Shown: positions 50,781 through 64,000 of the stretch, piece after piece
How the letters are laid out: each line of letters opens with the position of its first letter
Numbering within the stretch: the first letter of the stretch is position 1
DNA from: Gnetum montanum
Taxonomy: Eukaryota; Plantae; Gnetophyta
Length of the DNA stretch: 64,000 nt
Direction: 5' to 3'
Assembly: GCA_015680685.1 (NCBI GenBank)
Contig: MNCI01003446.1
Span: forward strand, 55,691 to 119,690
The notes under the pieces: generated by a model
Told to the model about the DNA's origin: nothing
The model's input: only the letters and a program-made list of their open reading frames with translations
Databases searched by the model: none
Program-made: the position numbers and the translations under genes

Positions 50781-52153
50781 TTATGCTAGTTCATTACATA
50801 CACTCATAACTTGCATGTCTCAAAGCAAGAGAAATTCTCTAAAGTAGTTCTTGAGGATTCATAAGACCTTGGTCGATATTTTTAGGAGATGCAATAGTTG
50901 AGAAAATGGAATATCTCTTGGGATGATGTGTAGCAAAATCTTAAGCATATTAGCCAATTAGTTAAGCATAAGGTTTTAACAAAAATGTGTGGTCTAATGT
51001 AAAAGGCAAGAGATAATTTTATTTACATTAAATTATATCTAATAAATAAAATGTAAAAGCTCACTATCTCTTAGCTACTATTCTAATCAAGTATTGGAAT
51101 GGTATTAGCAAGTTTTGCTGAAGTTTTCATCATCTTAGAATTGAAAGTGGAAGATGGGTTCAACTCCCCTAGAAAGAGTGCATTTGTAGGCTGTGCAAAT
51201 TAGGAGCCCTTGAAGATGAGTTATATGTGTTTCTTTCTTATGCTGTGACTACCTATTTGAGACAACATTATAATATTACAGCAAAAAACTAATTTTTTTG
51301 GGTGCCCCCATTGGTTCTTGGTCACCAAATGTAATATCTCCCCAATAGATCCTATGGGTCTTGGGACATAGTTTCAACTTCAATTTCATAAAGGCTTAGC
51401 TGATTTGTTGTATCAACATTGCTTAATTGACTAAGCCTATGCTATGTTGATGCAAATAGGTTACAATTCACTTGTGTTTATACATTGTTTTGGTCATTAA
51501 TATAGCCAAACTCTTGTAATTTGTTTCTGTAGTCTATTAATAGTTAATAGTTAGCAAGTGCCTGATTGTATGTAGACGTAATTCATAAATAGTAAGAAGA
51601 TTGATATTGATTCGCCTTCATTCATAAATGAACATAGAATTTAGTTTGAATGTAATTCATTGTAGCACTTTACATTAGCATAAAATTCCGTTTCAATGCA
51701 ATATAGAATTAAAAAGCAAAGCATGTTACCCCATGGTTTTTTAGCGTACCGAAAACCCAGGGAATATTCTATTACGCCAATCAAGCCAAGCCATTGCTTT
51801 ACGACTCTTCATTCTTCATTGATTGGTATAGTACAGAACATGGCAAAGGGCGTTCAAACATTGAATCTCCGCAAAAGACGGAGCGAGAAGCAAACCCTAG
51901 AACAAGATTCAATCCCCATTCCATTTGCCCAGATAATCAACGAAAGGCAATGGCAGCAGCAGGCATCCACTTTGAGGGTGGGGCACGTGTAAGACACAAA
52001 TTACTAGTGTACACGAAAGAAAGAAAAAAAACGGAAAAAGACGGAGATGGATGGACGCAGAGGGAAGAAGAGAAGAAAAGAAAAGAAAAGAAAAAGGGAA
52101 GACAGAGAATCTGCTGCATATGCATCATCACCAGGACAGGAACTGAGAGCGAG

Positions 52154-53272
52154 TCAGTCGGCGCGCGTGCAGTTTCCGGGAAGAAGGAAGGAGAAACGAC
52201 GAGGATTCTGGAGCACATGGGCGGGCAGATGAACGGCGGAGAAGGAGCGAGGAACAGGGCCCAACTTGGCGATCATCCGCTGGAAAGTGTGCTCCTCGGG
52301 CAGCATATCGAACAAGTCGGAGCCGGAGCAGATGAGTTCCTGGATGCGTCGCTGATCCAGAAAATACGAGAAACGGACGCGGTCGCTGTGGCTGTACGCC
52401 TGCATTTTGAAGACGAAGTCGGAGATGCGCCTGAAGCAGAAGCTGCAGTGCCAGCCGGAGTCGGCCAGAAGCAGATCGCTCGCACGGAGGTGGCCGTAGC
52501 GAGTTTGGCCGGGCCTGTACACGTGAACGGAGGCTCGCCACGAATGGTCGCCCTGCAAGAACTCGTACGAGTAGAGGTAGTCGCGCATCTGCAAATGCAG
52601 AACTCCGGGAATGCCGTCGCACCATCGCAGCAAATGGATGGTGTGCGCCGAGGGAACCTCGTCCACGTCCGACATGATGAGCAGGTCCCCGTCCTCGATT
52701 CCCGACTTTCTTATGAGTTTGTCCACGGCCACGCGCTGGAACGCCTCCTCCACGAACGGATGCGCCCCCGGCGCGCGCCTCCCTCCGTAGTTGTCGTAGT
52801 GAATTCTGTTCCTCGCGAAGCGGAAGCGCTCCTGGTTTTTGTTCTCGGCGAAGTACAGCGGCTTCGGCTGCCCCGTGAATGTGATGTTGGATTCCAGAAT
52901 TATGAATGTGGTTATGTGTGGCTCCAGCTCTCGCCACCGTATCTCCAGCATGTCTACCTCGTTGCTGAATAGCACCGCATCGAATACTCGCCGTGGTGAA
53001 GCCCTTGGCGTCCATCCGTGCAACTTGCAGAGATCTCCCACGCTGGCGTTGTCGTAGTAGTAGTGCTGGATTACGTGGAACGGCTTCGGCGGAGATTCCC
53101 ACAGCGGTCTCAGGAAATATGTTATTTTCTGGTAGTGCAACCAGCCTCCTACAATGATGCTTGGCAGGATTATGAGCATGAACAATACGGACTTTATGTC
53201 TATCCCTCGCAACAAGCAGCAGCACAGCCTCTGTGCTTTCGCCACCAGGCCCAGCCTCGCTCGGCTTGATTC
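52154..53272 (-). CDS. Glycosyltransferase family 17 (beta-1,4-mannosyl-glycoprotein GlcNAc-transferase/MGAT3-like), exon 2
   Basis: Intact ORF with a TM anchor and KITYFLRPLWESPPKPF, RRVFDAVLFSNEVDML, IMSDVDEVPS, GWHCSFCFR. Acceptor ATGCAG|GAA at 53273/53272. Confidence 0.97.
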   Translation of the reverse strand, partial: ESSRARLGLVAKAQRLCCCLLRGIDIKSVLFMLIILPSIIVGGWLHYQKITYFLRPLWESPPKPFHVIQHYYYDNASVGDLCKLHGWTPRASPRRVFDAVLFSNEVDMLEIRWRELEPHITTFIILESNITFTGQPKPLYFAENKNQERFRFARNRIHYDNYGGRRAPGAHPFVEEAFQRVAVDKLIRKSGIEDGDLLIMSDVDEVPSAHTIHLLRWCDGIPGVLHLQMRDYLYSYEFLQGDHSWRASVHVYRPGQTRYGHLRASDLLLADSGWHCSFCFRRISDFVFKMQAYSHSDRVRFSYFLDQRRIQELICSGSDLFDMLPEEHTFQRMIAKLGPVPRSFSAVHLPAHVLQNPRRFSFLLPGNCTRAD

Positions 53273-54202
53273 CTGCATAACCAACCATTTACAGCATACT
53301 GCCAACCTTTAGATAACGCCGCCCAACTGGTTTTGCTAATTTATGCTATCAATCAATGAATTTGCTCGGTCTTCGTGGACGCTAATGGGAGAACCATCAG
53401 GCACTCAATTTGAAAAGCAGGCATTTCACGTTCAGAAAGCAGAGAAGAATCATCGTAGGTGTTGGGATTCGAACAAGTACATCAAGCAACCAACGGACGG
53501 ACGAACGATCATGTGTGCAGAAGGAGAAGCAAAAGAGAGGGAGGGAGGGAGAGAGAGAAATATCGCAAAGTAAGATGCCGTCCCAGCAAACACGTCGAGG
53601 CACATGTGGTCTCTAAATCATTTTCCCACAACCGTTTCACAGACGGCGTAACCTCGTTCGGGATCACCGGAACGGTTACCGGAATGGAGAGAGCCAGAAG
53701 CAGGGTACAGGTGTCCCCATGGAACAGTCTCGGCATTCGCATAAAATCAGAGGTTCAGAGCGCCCAGCGCGGAATCATTTCCAACGCAATACAAATACGA
53801 TACATTTTCTCTTGTCAGATACAAATACCAGGGGGGATCGATGGATCGCAGGTTTTTCGAAGGTTTTATCTGGACACCTCTTTTAAAAAGGTACTATTTT
53901 CCGCGGCCATTTCACAGTTGAACCGCTCATTAGACTCCCAAGTAACGGCTTTTGCGTTTAAATGCACACGAAATTCGTTTGCAAAAGAACAGCCTGAGAC
54001 AACTACCTTGGAAAAAGAAAAAGAAACTAAAAAATAGCACATGAAATTAGATGATATCTCAGGCAAATCAATTTGCACTGAATATAACTTAAATGTTGCG
54101 ACAGTTCTATTTGCTAATTAAGACACCAAGCGTGCATCATGCGGTGATTCATTCAATTACTGAAGATTAGAACACCGAAGGAAAGGCTAAAATTTCGTGT
54201 AC

Positions 54203-54271
54203 CTCTGCGCAGATACCGTCGCAGATTTCATCTGTTTTCTTCGAATGATGGTAGGAACCGCTATCGGCCAT
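54203..54271 (-). CDS. GT17 gene exon 1 (true start; not in the ORF track)
   Basis: MADSGSYHHSKKTDEICDGICAE followed by a GT donor; resembles the conserved plant GT17 N-terminus (SKKTDDIC..VC). A phase-0 930-bp intron gives a 395-aa protein. Confidence 0.92.
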
Positions 54272-55596
54272 GTCGACAGTCATTCAAAACTAGTGTTAAG
54301 GGCTGGAGCGAGACGGCGTCAGAGTCTGTCGCAGAACAGGTATGAACCTCGGAAAATATGGCCAAATAATCGCATGAAAAACCAAATCCCAATCTCGACC
54401 AGCCAAGAATTCAGGACAGATATATCCCCAAAACGCAACCTTAAATTACTTGTCCACGGGATCCACCCGCCATTTTTGAAACTACCCTTCACAGGAAAAA
54501 CACTCCCCTGCCCCTTCAACAAAATGGGCTTCAGGCAGGCTTGCAGACCATAACAAGTCAGAATCCAAGCCAGAACCTTTAGAAAACAAAACCCCGAAAC
54601 GCTGCGAAAAAAAATATTAAAGAAAAACCTGCAAACAAAGATCAGAAAACTCGGCTTTTGTCAGCTTGCAGTTGCATAGACGCAGAGAAACAAATCAACA
54701 ACAACATTCAACAGCAACAACTAAGGAAGCAAGTGAACATCAAGAACAGAATCTGAATCGACATCGGAAGCATGTAAGCGGGCACAGGCAGATGAGCCTG
54801 TGCCTCCGTTTTGCGTGGGCACCAGAACTCTGTGGAAAAATTTTTATGCGGAACTTGGAGAAATGGACGAGAAATATTTGGCAATGGAACAGAATAACAT
54901 TGGCATGAAACAGCTAAAACCAGGAAACAGAGCCAGGGATCGACAGCATTATAGGCCGATGCTCATGCTAACAAATACAACGAGAGGAGGCGGCCTTGGC
55001 TCTGGCTTCTGCCATCGATGTCAATTTTGATGATGTTGAAATGGTTTGGCGGTTTTTACGGTAGGATTTGCAGGGAACTTAAATAGAGACGGGTAAGTCC
55101 TGCTCGAAGTTTCCCACAACTAGCAATTGGTATTTGTTAGTCTTGCTGTTTCCGTTTGTGTATTCTTTGAAATGTGGAATTTGAGGCGTCGGTTGTGGCA
55201 GCCACTACTGTAAGCTTAAACGTTGCGTCGCTGTTTGAGAATTTACATTTATTTTATAATTACCGTTCAGGTTGGCATAACGCAGATTCGGTTCATGCCT
55301 TCTTTGTTGGCTTTGTCTTTACACAAAAATTGCCACTTCCGACTCTCGTACAATTCCTCAAAGTCAAACATAATTAGAGAGAAGCTCCAAGTTTGTATGT
55401 GGGCTGACACACTGTTTTCGTGAAAACGCTGCGTCTTTAATTTGTATGAAATTTTGGTGACTGTACTATGTGTTTTATTTGGAAGGTTTTGAAATAGTCA
55501 ATTGATTTATTTTTGTTTTTAAAAAGTTTTCAAAAAGTTTCCTTTAAAAATACTTACTATCACTTATGAGTGTGGTAATAGTGTAAAAGCTTTATG

Positions 55597-55641
55597 GTGG
55601 GAAGCTCTTGTAGTGGGAAGCTCTTGTAGTGGGAAGCTCTT
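55597..55641 (+). repeat. 16-bp tandem repeat x3
   Basis: GTGGGAAGCTCTTGTA repeated. Confidence 0.85.
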
Positions 55642-55822
55642 ATAACACATCTCTCTATCCTAGTGTGTGGGCAAGGGTTATGTTGCTAGCCCAAAGTTTC
55701 CTTGTCTCAACAAATTCAAATTATTACTATCAATCAAGTTTAGCTTGTTAAGAATACTTACTAGTTTAGCTATATATTAATGATATATATCTATTGTTTG
55801 GCCAAAAGAATCTTTTATATTT

Positions 55823-56325
55823 NNNNNNNNNNNNNNNNNNNNNNNNNNNNNNNNNNNNNNNNNNNNNNNNNNNNNNNNNNNNNNNNNNNNNNNNNNNNNN
55901 NNNNNNNNNNNNNNNNNNNNNNNNNNNNNNNNNNNNNNNNNNNNNNNNNNNNNNNNNNNNNNNNNNNNNNNNNNNNNNNNNNNNNNNNNNNNNNNNNNNN
56001 NNNNNNNNNNNNNNNNNNNNNNNNNNNNNNNNNNNNNNNNNNNNNNNNNNNNNNNNNNNNNNNNNNNNNNNNNNNNNNNNNNNNNNNNNNNNNNNNNNNN
56101 NNNNNNNNNNNNNNNNNNNNNNNNNNNNNNNNNNNNNNNNNNNNNNNNNNNNNNNNNNNNNNNNNNNNNNNNNNNNNNNNNNNNNNNNNNNNNNNNNNNN
56201 NNNNNNNNNNNNNNNNNNNNNNNNNNNNNNNNNNNNNNNNNNNNNNNNNNNNNNNNNNNNNNNNNNNNNNNNNNNNNNNNNNNNNNNNNNNNNNNNNNNN
56301 NNNNNNNNNNNNNNNNNNNNNNNNN
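55823..56325. other. Assembly gap
   Basis: Run of N. Confidence 1.
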
Positions 56326-56779
56326 CATGAAAAGATTAACATTGGGTGGATGGGAAGCAAGCCCCCACCCTATCAATAGAATCAACATTATCCAAAGATA
56401 TTATCTTCATATCTTAATCAATAATTATAAACAAATTATTAGCAATTAAAATATATTGAACATGTTGTTCATTCTGACAATTTGACATGTAATCATCAAT
56501 AGCTAGACTTCCTTGATGTTTTTTATTATCAAGAACTAGTTGAAAATCATCTAAATCAATAATAGGATTCTATGGAACCTGAGGTACATATATTTGTTTC
56601 TACTTAGTCATTGAAGAATTTTTTGAAACTAATTTCATTGAAACCTTCCTTGAAGATATATTCTATTGAACAACACTAAAAGAAAGGGCTGAGCTAACTA
56701 TTGAAAAATTAGTAGAAGAAATCATCCCAAGATTTACAGCATCTATAAAAAAAATCTTAGTAGGATTTATAACATTTGC

Positions 56780-57600
56780 AGAAGAAACTTTAGTAGCATT
56801 TACAGTAGCTTGTTGCTAACATGCTTACATTATCTTTTTTTGTAATATAAAGGACATGAATCAAACATGTGACCCTCTCAATGATGATAGTGACATAACT
56901 TTGAAAGATTACGATAAACAACCTTTTAATGTATAATCAATTTTGCTAGTACACATAAGAAATTCTCTCTTAAGCAAATCAAGATCCACTTCAATCATAT
57001 ATCGAATTCTATGAAAACCACTAGCTACAATGAGGGTTTTAGAATAATCAATTGGCTCAATACGAGAGACAATATCTCTTTCAACATTTTCAAAAATTAA
57101 TGGCAAATTTGGTAACTCAACAAAATAAGGAACCTTTTGAAATTCAAGAGATGCTGGATTAAAAGAGGGAGTCCACTTTCAAATAATCAATAAAGCATGA
57201 CAATGATTGAAAACACTAATATCAAGGCCCTTAGAAACCATTGTTGAATCAACAAATTCTACCAGCAAAAATGAGTTTGACAAATAATGAGCATGGACAA
57301 CATCCAAATCTCAATCTTTCCAAACCAAATTTAAATGATTTAAAAAACTTGAGAAATGAGGTAAATAATACAAATTTTCATGAAAACATACCTTCTAAAA
57401 ATTTCCTGAGTAATAGATTCATATAAATCATTAGATATTTCTTAGAAAGGCAAAGAAGCAGTGGTTCCACTTGAAGGATCACTTATCAAATCTGGTGGCA
57501 TTACACTTAATATCAATGCCAAATCCCTTTCTACCTTAGATCAATATTGAAACCTTCATCATTGAAACCCTTGCCACTGAATCCCTCTATCATAAACATA
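56780..57600 (-). mobile_element. Degenerate L1-like LINE ORF1 fragment (DUF4283 + zinc knuckle)
   Basis: KWTPSFNP..VPYFVELPNLPL..RIRYMIEVDL..KIDY, then C..H..EGHMFDSCP. Confidence 0.75.
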
Positions 57601-58399
57601 TAGGATCTAATAGAAATATATCAAATTTTCATGGAAAGTAAAGATGGAATCTAGAAATGTTGTAACATTATAACACTATAATGTTTAATTTTTTTTTTTA
57701 AAAAAAAGCTACAACCAAAATTTGTCTAGAAATGTCCCTAGGCTTTAATTTCATTAATATTATGGAGCAAGTTAAAAAGGTTCTCTTCATATTTAAACTA
57801 ACAAGTAATCGCATGAAGACTTAATCACCAAACTCCTATGGGTTATTTGATTTGGTGGAATGAACACCATGGGATTCTAACTTCTCCCACATGAATAGTG
57901 ACATAAAAACCTTACCATCACTTATTAGTAAGTCAAGTTCTTAATAGAATTGCTAATGAAATTATAACTCAACTAACAAGCTTATGGGATGTGACAACAC
58001 ATTATTATGTTAGTTGTATGGCTTAAGGGTACATATAGCTATATAAGTTTTGATAGCCACTAATCTAGTGTCCTACAAGTAGCATTGAGAGTAAACCACA
58101 ATGCCACTTAATTGAAAATCTTATAACATGTATATCTTATGAGTGAGTAAAGTGAGCCTCGTCGTATTCAAACTTCAAGTTATGGGTTCAAGTTTTGTGG
58201 GAAATACTAAGTTATAAAGTTTTAATTTGACTATATATCTTTAACGTAAATATTATTAAAAAATATTTTAAGTTTCAACACCCTCTTCCCTTCATGATAT
58301 TCAAACTCATACCATATACGTAGTAGATAAGAAATGTATTTTCATCCCAATAACTTAAAACTTCTTATAATGTATATACCTACAATATATATTAAGTAG

Positions 58400-61300
58400 G
58401 GTAGTGTTGGAATTAAGGACCATCATTTGGAGTGATGATAAGGTGCTTGCTTCTCAAGTCAAAGACCTAAGTTTAAGCTTGGGCATAGCTACTCAAAGAT
58501 GTTAGGCTTTCACTCATCTACCAACCCTCCTAGGGATAAGCACTGTGGCTTTGCGTGATGATGCTAGGGAATTATTGCAATCTAAAACTATTTGACTATA
58601 AGTACATCCAAGATATCATATGGCAAACAAAATATGAGTGTTGAAATTTGTATTTATGGAGAAGGGGATTAGGTGGGGGATAGGGGAGGTGGAGTGTTGT
58701 CGAAAATTGAAATGTTTTTTAAATAATATTTTCCCCTAAGACATATAGTCAAATTAGGACATTATACCTCAACATTGTCCACCAAAATAAAACCTGTAAC
58801 TTAGAGTTCCAAATTAGTGGGGTATTGAAATCTAAAATAATTAAAACATAGGTACACCCCAAGATTTATAGAAGTTTATAACTTAGTGCTACCTAGTAAA
58901 ATTGAACTAGCATTCTCTTACCTAACAAGGCAATAAGATAACCACTTAAGCTACCTCTCATTAGCACAACATATATTCTTTTGGTACAAAATATATTAAG
59001 TAAAATATGAACAAGCTATTTATAAGATGACAAACCAAAAAGTAATGCAAAGCCAAAGTATATTTATATAATTAATCCCCAAACAAAGGTCATTAATTAA
59101 ACTTGAAAGTTAATATCTTATTCTCAACATTTCTATTACAATATGGAACCTTATTAGTAATATTAGATTAAGCTAATGTCACCTTGGGATATGAATGTGG
59201 GATGAATTAACATTCTTAGGGGATATTGGAACTTGAAATAATTGAAACATAAGTACACCCCAAGACTTATTGAAGTTTATAACTTAGTGCTACCTAGTAG
59301 AATCAAACTTGTGACGTGGGGTTACCAGGCCAAGACCCATATCACTAGGTTAACACCTTATTGTTTGTATTAACATTCTTATAGAATAACATCCTTGTAG
59401 ACTATGCATGCTAAGAGCCCTTGAAGATGAACAACATACTCTATTATATTATCTTAGCACTACCATTTGAAATAGAAAAAAATATCTCAAACAAAACTTG
59501 TTTATATTGTAGTATAATAAGTATTTTGCAAGTAAGAGATTACTAGTTTGAGTAACATACTTGATTATAGGTATATCCAAGATAGATAACCAACATTATA
59601 CTTTCGAATAACCTAAAAAGAATATGATGACATCTCAAGTATGATTGAAAATAATAATCTCTTATGTACAAATGCTTATCAAAGAATAAGCTAACTACTT
59701 GATCCATCTTTCATTGGCTTTGAAGCACCTTTACATTCTACCTAAGTACCACTAAACTATTGTATTGGTTATATTCCACTTTATTTTTTTAATTAGGGGG
59801 TTGGGGAATCAAACTCATCATATTGGCTATATGTTTTGAGGTATACATAGTCAATCAATTTTGGTACTAATGAGCTGTTAGCCTTGTGATAAGACTCTTG
59901 ATTTGAAAGCTCCAAGTCACAGATTTGATTTTTGTAGACAATGTTGAGTTATAAAATTATAATTAGACTACATTACAATTATTTTGGGATTCTAATCCCC
60001 TCTTTCCCATCAAAATTAATTTTGGTTCAAACAATGTGATATTATCCTAATTGTAAGACTCTTAATTAGGTAACTCCAAATCATGGGTTTGATTCCAATG
60101 GGTAATGCTAAGTTATATAAAGTTCTAATTGGGGGGTGTTGGAACTCAAAATAAGTGAAATATAGATACACCCTAAGATTTATAGAAGTTTATAACTCAA
60201 TGCTATCTAGTAGAATTGAACTTGTGACTTGGGGTTAGTAGGCTAAGACTCATACTACTAGGCTAACACCTCACTATTATATAAAGTTCTAATTAGACTA
60301 TAAATCTTGGGATATATCTATATTTCACTTATTTTAGGTTCCAACATCCTCCTCCCCCCATCCTATTTAATTTGGTAACTCTAATACATGGATTCAATTC
60401 TAGTGGATAATATTGAGTCATAAAGTTCTAATTTGTCAATATATCTTGGGGGTTAATATTGTTAAAAATATATTTCAAGTTTCAATATCCCCTCCACCAT
60501 CCCCCATCTTCCTCACCCCCATGACATCCCAAATAGTTTTCACCCTTTCTATCCCTAAAAAAAAAATGAAATTTTTACATGCAACTAAGGTATTTTAAGA
60601 TCTTTGTACTACAAGAGTTATGTAGAAATTTTATCTTATTTGGATCTTTGGTTACAACAAAGTACTTTGTTTCTAATTCATAATTATTTGAGCTAATAAT
60701 GAGATGTTACCATAGTGATAAGACTCTTAATTTAAAAAATTAATATATGGGTTTGATTTCATTAGGTATTGTTAAGTTATAAAGTTCTATAAAAGTTTCT
60801 TATTCACTATATGTCCAAGGATTCATATAGGTGTTTTTTTTGGGGGGAGGGGGACAAGGGCACAGGGAGTTAGAACCCAAAATAATTGAAACATAGGTAC
60901 ACCACAAGATTTATAGAAGTTTATAACTAAGTGCTACCTAGCATAATTGAATCTATGACTTGGGGTTACCAAGCCAAGACTCATACCACTAGGCTAACAC
61001 CTCATTGTTTGGATCTATATATGTTTTTTTAGATCTATCTCTGCACTACAAGAGTTATGTAGGAATTTAGTCTTATTTGGATCTTTAGCTGTTGGAACTT
61101 GAAATAATTGAAACATGGGTATAACCCAAGATTTATAAAAGTTTATAACTCAATGCTACCTCATAGAATTGAACCTATGACTTGGTGTTACCAAGCCAAG
61201 ACCCATACCACCAAGATAACATCTCATTATTATTTGGATCTTTAGTTGCAATAACATACTTAGGTTTAACTTCATATTTATTTGAACTAAACAATGAGAT

Positions 61301-61865
61301 GTTAGCCTAGTGGTAATACTCTTAATTCAAAAGCTCCAAATCATGGGTTTAATTCTAGTGGACAATGCTGAGTTAGAAAGTTTTAATTGGACTGTATATC
61401 TTAGGGTATAACTATATTACATTTATCTTAGGGTTTCCATACCCTTGGTTCCCCCTTATTTTTTCTTTTGCTTAGGGGGGGCCTAGCATGGGTGGGAGGG
61501 GAGAGGGGGGAGGGGGTGGTGGGTAGGGTGCAGTGGGTAGGGGCAAGGTGGGGGAATGCGAGGGGTGAAGAGAGGAGCACAGGTTGGGGTATGACTTAGT
61601 ATTACCCAAAAGAAATGAACAACTAGCTTAGAGTTTCCAATCATGAGTTTTATTACTAGGCTAAAGCCTCATTGTCATGTTGTTTGAGAAACCCCAAGCT
61701 ACAGGTTTGATTCTACTAGGTAGCATTGAAGTATTACCTAGTGGTATGGGTCTTAGCCTAGTAACCTAGGTCACATGTTTGATTCTACTAGGTAGCACTA
61801 AGTTATAAACTTCTATAAATATTAGGGTGTACCTATGTTTCATATATTTCAAGTTCCAACACCTT
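58400..61865. mobile_element. Cluster of ~12 tRNA-derived SINE-like repeats (~140 bp) in both orientations
   Basis: Consensus AACAATGAGGTGTTAGCCTAGTGGT..CAAGTCACAAGTTCAATTCTACTAGGTAGCACTAAGTTATAAA.. with A-box and B-box-like motifs. Minus copies at 59221-59365, 60136-60280, 60869-61010, 61090-61230; plus copies at 59868, 60697, 61290, 61735. Confidence 0.75.
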
Positions 61866-62664
61866 CATATTGTTTTGAGAAACACCTCCTTCTTCACCCC
61901 ACCAACAAAAAAAGATATTTAAGCTAATTAATTTAAAATAATCTAGCCAAATACTAATTGGCTACAAGCTTAAGATTCACTTTGCATATATGTTTATGTT
62001 TGAGATTCATCATAATCATTTGTTAGCTACAAGGTTTTGATTATTGCTACTTTTGCTTGGACTTAGGCATCTTTCATTGGCAATCCCTATTTCTCCAAAA
62101 TTATCATTTCCCTATGGAGGATTCTTCTTTCAACTTATTCTCTTGATGCTATAAGTTTTGATTCTTCTATCCATGTGGAACTTTTAATTGATTTTTAGAA
62201 TGTATATTTACAAGTTAGTGAAGAAATTCCTGACACCTTCTTCTAATAATATTGTTGTAAATAAAATACTTGATTTTGTTCTTCCTAATAATACATATGA
62301 GTCATTGTTTGCTCATCTTACTTAATAATATATAATATATGTTCATTCAAATACACATTTCCAAGTTGAATAATCCTTGTTTACTATGCATGGAGGGTTC
62401 TAGGTGATCCAAGTTGAGTGGCCTTTAGGTACATGACAAGGGTTTTGACCTGTGCGGATAACAAACGAGGGTGACTTAAATCTACAGTGCAAACGAATGG
62501 AACCACAAATGAGGAGGTGGTTAGTTTAACGGTATTGGCCCTTCTTCGTTTCTCACGAGCTGTGTCTGTTACTGTTTGGTGGACCACCTACCCTGCTTGC
62601 TCTGCCAACCAAGACATGGAACGCTATCAGGTTTCTGGTCTGAAACTACGAATGTTCCATCATG

Positions 62665-62738
62665 AATAAAAAATATCTTTTCTTACCCAAAGAAGGATGT
62701 TAATAAAAAATATCTTTTCTTACACAAAGAAGGATGTT
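62665..62738 (+). repeat. 37-bp tandem duplication
   Basis: AATAAAAAATATCTTTTCTTAC(C/A)CAAAGAAGGATGTT x2. Confidence 0.9.
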
Positions 62739-64000
62739 TCCAGGGACTGAGTAGCTCTTGTTGTGACAGGTTACGGACAGAGCCATTCAACAAACACTCA
62801 ATGTGGAGCAGGATAAGGCTATCCCTGATGAGCGTAAACTAGCTAAGTCATCGCGTCGTGCAGAAAACGGTTTACCGAGCCGTGAACATGGCAGAGTGCA
62901 ACTGCATTATTCCAATTCGTTTTCATGATAAGACAAGACGACTGGTGCGTGCCCTAAGAGTTAGGCTAACCCTACTGTCAATCATAGAACCTTAAGCCTT
63001 AAGGCAAGGTTGGCCTTGACGTCAAACTTTAATAACAAAAATATTGATCCTTGGCCACCGTCTTACATGCACATCCATTATTCTATCATTACTTTATGCA
63101 TGTTGCGTGACACATGAACCAATGGACGACTTCTGAAGATGCAGTACACTTTTCATGAGAAAAAAAATGATGTGTAACCATCATCACAGGATTTCAGAAG
63201 AAGATGCAGTACGCTAATGAGTACCATTTCATGGTACAGGCATACGCGAAAAAAAATGATGTGTAACGATCGTCATAGTTTGGATGAAGAGCTGTGATCA
63301 CGGTCACTGTTCATGCCTGAACAAAGAATGAGTCAAGCGCAGTCGCATCAGTTACAACGGTTTTTTTTATATTTATATTTGTACGTTATTTGATGGATCG
63401 ATGCTTTGATTTTATAACAAGAAATTCTAAAATAATGTTTTTGAAAACATCATTTTGTAAAACTATGTGATTATATACCACATCTCAGCTCAGCTTATCC
63501 GTTGTCACCATAAGAGGCTGTAAAAATAACAGACTTGGAAGTGGTCTGCAGCTCTTCCCATTATTGTTTGGGAATGAAACATATGCCTAAAAAATTTGCC
63601 TTAAGGATAAGCCTAACATGTTGATCGTCAAATTGTTTTGCCTGTTTGCAGTTCATAAGCGGTCAAGAACCTGTGGATTAAAAATGGAGTTAAAGCGCCA
63701 AATTTAACGGAAGTTGGTGGCGTCTTTTAGTAAATGCGCCGTAACAGATAATAATTCAGGTTTGTCCGTTTTTCAAGTAATTAGCATCATGACATGGTGA
63801 TGGGCTCACACGCATGGCAGATGAAACATGGACGACGCGGCGACTTGACTTTTATTACCACCACTTGTGAATCATCGTTTGCTGAAATTAAGTATATGCA
63901 TCGGAATCCGTATTCAAGCCGTAAAGAGGCTAACCTTAAATCGATTTAAAAAAAATTTGTATTATAAAGTGATTTTATTGTCATTTCTGACAGCGATAAC

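Noticed and set aside
51794-52972. 392-aa plus-strand ORF opposite the GT17 gene
   Set aside because: Antisense shadow of a GC-rich CDS; no recognisable motifs.
52128-53288. 386-aa alternative-frame ORF on the minus strand
   Set aside because: Arg/Ala-rich off-frame product expected from high GC3 codon usage.
55777-56388. ORFs spanning the N run
   Set aside because: Artefacts of the assembly gap.
59221-59365. Possible tRNA genes
   Set aside because: A/B-box-like motifs but no intact cloverleaf; multi-copy with a shared non-tRNA tail, so SINE-like.
62384-62669. Short ORFs near the right end
   Set aside because: No recognisable protein similarity or consistent exon structure.
62824-62870. 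CTGATGAG...GAAA, hammerhead-like core
   Set aside because: No convincing stems I-III around the core.

Overview
Plant nuclear DNA (taxon not determinable here; possibly a non-seed vascular plant, inference only). The first ~50 kb is a nest of decayed Ty3/gypsy LTR retrotransposons. Element A is a partial Athila-like element (1-6147, minus). Elements B (10436-29647, plus) and C (31195-48474, minus) are two related Tat-clade elements with LTR pairs, TSDs, a tRNA-Asn PBS and an additional RNase H. B and C inserted into an older sequence D, and A abuts it. In both B and C, gag-protease and RT-RH-aRH-INT are separated by ~6-7 kb that holds an antisense, multi-intron gene. That gene encodes an FCP1/NIF-like HAD domain lacking its catalytic aspartates, a Transposase_32/PMD-like domain and a coiled coil. 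A third homologue, plus a second FCP1-like paralogue, lies in D. Clusters of a covarying hairpin+TAAACT motif mark the ends of the gag-PR and pol ORFs. The right part holds an intact two-exon GT17 glycosyltransferase gene (52154-54271, minus), an N gap, a LINE ORF1 relic and a cluster of tRNA-derived SINE-like repeats. All domain calls are by-eye motif recognition; no searches were run.
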